A stretch of 50,234 nucleotides of DNA, from positions 1 through 50,234 of the forward strand of contig CAXTQD010000003.1 of the NCBI GenBank assembly GCA_964246175.1, in the 5' to 3' direction. Positions 47,174-50,234 of the stretch are shown here, in pieces. This DNA comes from an uncultured Chthoniobacterales bacterium (GTDB lineage: Bacteria > Verrucomicrobiota > Verrucomicrobiia > Chthoniobacterales > SZAS-18). Each line of letters begins with the position of its first letter. The stretch's first letter is position 1. Below the pieces are notes generated by a model that worked only from the letters and a program-made list of their open reading frames with translations, did not search any database and was not told where the DNA came from. The position numbers and the translations under genes are program-made.

Positions 47174-48352
47174 TTAGTTGGTCGACATCACCTTGACCGG
47201 CAGGCGCACGGTGAACGTCGATCCGCGCCCGGCCTGGCTCTCGGCGCCGATGGTGCCGCCGTGTTCCTCGACGATGCGCTTGGAGATCGCCAGGCCGAGC
47301 CCGGTGCCATCCTCCTTGGTGGTGTAGTACGGCTCGAAGATCATCGGCAGCCGGTCCACAGGGATGCCCGTGCCGTTGTCGGTTACCAAGACGGTCAGCC
47401 CATCGTCGGTTACAGTTCCACGTACGACGACCCGGCCGGTGTCGCGTGGGGATGCCTGCATGGCGTTGATGACGAGGTTGTGGACGACGCGGCGCATCTG
47501 CGTCGCGTCCATCTCGACGCCGGCCTCGTCGCCGAGCGTGGCGAAATCCGTCTCCAACACCACGCCCGTCATGGCCGACATGGGATGGACCGCCTCAATG
47601 GCTCCGTCCAGGAAGGTCCGCGCGCCGACGGTTTCACGGTCCTCGGAGATGTCGTCGCGCAGTTGCCGCCAGGCGTCCGCCAGACCGCAGCAGTGCTGGA
47701 TGCTCTTTTTGATCATCTGGACGTAGCCGAGCGCCTCCATCCACTGCGTGCCTTGTTCCGGGCGCATCTCGTCCACCTTGCTCTGGAGCAGTTCCACGCA
47801 GCACGTCAGGATTGTGAGCGGGTTACCCATGTCGTGGATGATCTCGTCCGAACGCTGCCCAAGCTTGGCCAACGGCCGGGTCTCGCGCAGTTCGGCGGAA
47901 AGCCCGCTGTTCAGGTCAGCCAACTCGCGCGACAGGTTAGCGCGAGCGCGCTTACCACGAGCGAGCGCGACGTTCTTGGCGACGGCTGCCAGCATCGCGT
48001 CGGTGTCCGGCGGCTTGGTCATGAAGTCCGTCGCCTGGTTGCGGAACGCCTCGCAGGCCGTTTCCAGGGTGCCGTAACCTGTCAGCATGATGATCGAGAC
48101 GTTTTCATCGATCCGGCGGATGTCCACAATGCCTTCGAGTCCCGAGCGCCCGGGCATGCGGTTGTCGAGGATGATGGCATCGACAAGCTGCGCGCGGAGC
48201 GCCTCGATGCCCTCGGCGACCGAGCCCGTGACGACCACGTCGTAGTCGTACTTGAGGAGGATGCGCAGGCTCTCGCGCGGTCCGTAGTCGTCGTCGATGA
48301 CAAGGACTTTAGCCTTGATGTTTTCAGTTTCCACCGGAGACAGGGAGGTCAT
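47174..48352 (-). CDS. Hybrid response regulator / histidine kinase (REC-HisKA-HATPase)
   Basis: [34 protein letters not shown] and GTGLGL motifs; no TM segment. Confidence 0.92.
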   Translation of the reverse strand: MTSLSPVETENIKAKVLVIDDDYGPRESLRILLKYDYDVVVTGSVAEGIEALRAQLVDAIILDNRMPGRSGLEGIVDIRRIDENVSIIMLTGYGTLETACEAFRNQATDFMTKPPDTDAMLAAVAKNVALARGKRARANLSRELADLNSGLSAELRETRPLAKLGQRSDEIIHDMGNPLTILTCCVELLQSKVDEMRPEQGTQWMEALGYVQMIKKSIQHCCGLADAWRQLRDDISEDRETVGARTFLDGAIEAVHPMSAMTGVVLETDFATLGDEAGVEMDATQMRRVVHNLVINAMQASPRDTGRVVVRGTVTDDGLTVLVTDNGTGIPVDRLPMIFEPYYTTKEDGTGLGLAISKRIVEEHGGTIGAESQAGRGSTFTVRLPVKVMSTN

Positions 48353-48580
48353 GGGTATAAAATGGACCGTGCGCGCGAAGAGTGGACTTAGAACGTTAAA
48401 TGGGAGTAGAAGATAGATGCCCCACCCATCGTCTTCCGTTCCGACCGCGCGGAAAGCCGCTTCGCGGCACCGCGCTGGCACGAAAGCTGATGTGCGAGAG
48501 ACTCAACCGTTCGACCTCCCAATCCTGGAAGCAAGCTGCGTACCTGAGTCTGAGGGGAAAACCCCGTTTTGACAAACATT

Positions 48581-49855
48581 ATGAGTCACCCATTCAGGAG
48601 TCAATATCGATACGACCGCACGCCAAGCCATCGGCGGGTGGTTATCACGGGTTTGGGGGCGGTTTCGGCTGCGGGTGTGGGTGTCAAGCCGCTGTGGGAA
48701 GCTCTCTTGGAGGGTAGGAGCTGCATCGGCCCTTTGACCCGTATCAAGTCTGAAGGAATGCCGATTTCCATCGCCGGGGAGGTGAAAGACTTTGACCCAG
48801 CACAATACATTGCCCCGGCGTTGCGCCCGAAGCGGATGGCTCGTCATACCCAGTTCGCGGTGATTGCCGCGCAGGAGGCGTTGGCCGACGCCGGTGTGAA
48901 CCCGGAGAGCTTGGCGGCAATGCGCGTGGCGGTTGTCATCGGTTCCACGGTCGGGACGCCCGAGATCATGGAGGGAGTGACGCGCCAGCTTGAATGTAAC
49001 GCCACCCGCGGCATCAGCCCCTCCACACCCTCGTCGGCTAATCTGCATGCAGCGCCGGCCACTGTCGCGGAGATGCTCGGTGTACGTAACGTTCCGGCGA
49101 CGGGCATCACTAATGCTTGTAGCTCCGGCGCAGACGCGGTGAGCATCGCCGCCGACATGATCCGGCTGGGTCGCCGCGACCTGGTTGTGACCGGTGGTGC
49201 TGACGCACCGCTCTCCGATGCGACGCTGGCCGCGCTGGTGGCCTCCGGCATCTGCACCAAGCGCCACAGCAATCCAACCACCGCTGTGCGGCCTTTCGAC
49301 CGGGAGCGTGACGGTGGGGTACCCGGCGAAGGTGCGGGTATCGTCGTACTGGAGGAACTGGAAAGTGCACGGGCGCGCGGGAGCAAGATCTACGCGGAAA
49401 TTCTCGGCACCCACAGCTGCCCGGACGAGGATCGTACCCGGCCGACTTCCGGGTTGGAACTGACGATGCGTGGTGCTCTGGAAAACGCCGGTTGCCAACC
49501 AACGGATATTGACTACATCTCGGCTTGGGGCTGCGGCGACCCGGCTTCCGACCGTTGCGAGACAGCGGCGATCAAGGCCGCGCTGGGCAGTGACGCCTAC
49601 CGCGTGGCCGTAGGCTCCATCAAAGGCACCATCGGTATCCCGCTGGCGGCGTCGGGGGCCTTGCAACTCGTCATGAGCGCCGTGTCGCATCGCCATAACA
49701 TTTTGCTGCCGACGGTGAACTGCGAACGGTCGGACCTCGATTGTGACCTGGACTACATCTCTTACAAGCCGCGACGGCTGCGCTTGCGTAAGTCGCTGTT
49801 GAACGCACATGGCCTCAACGGTAGCAACGTCTCGTTGTTGCTCTCTTCCGTATGA
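48581..49855 (+). CDS. FabF-like beta-ketoacyl synthase with a non-canonical active site
   Basis: RRVVITGLG, NACSSG, RPFDRERDG and GEGAG motifs; both His motifs altered (ISAWGCG, GTIGIPLAASG). Confidence 0.88.
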   Translation: MSHPFRSQYRYDRTPSHRRVVITGLGAVSAAGVGVKPLWEALLEGRSCIGPLTRIKSEGMPISIAGEVKDFDPAQYIAPALRPKRMARHTQFAVIAAQEALADAGVNPESLAAMRVAVVIGSTVGTPEIMEGVTRQLECNATRGISPSTPSSANLHAAPATVAEMLGVRNVPATGITNACSSGADAVSIAADMIRLGRRDLVVTGGADAPLSDATLAALVASGICTKRHSNPTTAVRPFDRERDGGVPGEGAGIVVLEELESARARGSKIYAEILGTHSCPDEDRTRPTSGLELTMRGALENAGCQPTDIDYISAWGCGDPASDRCETAAIKAALGSDAYRVAVGSIKGTIGIPLAASGALQLVMSAVSHRHNILLPTVNCERSDLDCDLDYISYKPRRLRLRKSLLNAHGLNGSNVSLLLSSV

Positions 49856-49897
49856 GTGTCCGCCCTAGATTTATCCACGCGCCACCACCTCTTTTCC

Positions 49898-50234
49898 ATG
49901 CGAGAAAATCCGTACTTTGCGGCGGCTGCCGTGGGTTGTCACTTGATCCTCGGAGTGGCGGTTTTCCTGACCAGCCCGCGCCGGCCGACCAACTGCAGCT
50001 TTCTGCTACTTACCTTGATCGTCGGTGGATGGACCGGCGGGATTGAAGCCACTTTCGTCCTCAATGATCCGCAGCGCGTGGCGCTCTGGATCAAGGTGTG
50101 TTCGGCCTGGGGAGCGGCAGCCCCGGCTGCGTTCGTGATCCTCCGCAACTCGATCATTTACTACCGGGAAGGTTGGTCTGCCCACTTGTGGCGGGCACGG
50201 GCTTGGGTGGGGCTGGCAGCGGTATTCGCGCTGT
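49898..50234 (+). CDS. Membrane protein, probably the 7TM N-terminus of a sensor histidine kinase (partial)
   Basis: Read manually: MRENPYFAAAAVGCHLILGVAVFLTSPRRPTNCSFLLLTLIVGGW...; open to the window end; resembles HisKA_7TM starts. Confidence 0.6.
   Translation, partial: MRENPYFAAAAVGCHLILGVAVFLTSPRRPTNCSFLLLTLIVGGWTGGIEATFVLNDPQRVALWIKVCSAWGAAAPAAFVILRNSIIYYREGWSAHLWRARAWVGLAAVFAL

Noticed and set aside
1-50234. CRISPR array or rRNA
   Set aside because: No regularly spaced 25-45 bp repeats with unique spacers and no rRNA-like sequence noticed.

Overview
High-GC bacterial chromosome segment. Gene content and style suggest Verrucomicrobiota (inference only). Housekeeping and accessory host genes fill 1-13.1 kb (Zn-dehydrogenase, GH57 branching enzyme, folD, clpS, RND pump, oxidoreductase) and 29.8-50.2 kb (tRNA-Arg, proBA, hisD, deoxyhypusine-synthase-like gene, ECF sigma, type IV pilus/T2SS cluster, signalling genes, an atypical ketosynthase). 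Between them, 36 bp downstream of tRNA-Arg(CCG), is a ~16.7 kb element (about 13109-29790) bounded by inverted TGTTAA..GGGTGGAA motifs. It encodes a Mu-type transposase and a MuB/TnsC-like ATPase, a Mu gp27/DUF3486-like (putative small terminase) protein, a full tape measure protein, a tail assembly chaperone with a likely -1 frameshift, and a head decoration protein. It also carries a cI/cro-like switch and an HTH-ImmA/IrrE toxin-antitoxin-like pair. I could not recognise an integrase, large terminase, portal, major capsid, tail tube or lysis gene. The best reading is a transposable (Mu-like) phage satellite that supplies its own tail-length and packaging-specificity parts; a decayed prophage is the alternative. 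All family assignments come from motif recognition by eye, with no database search.
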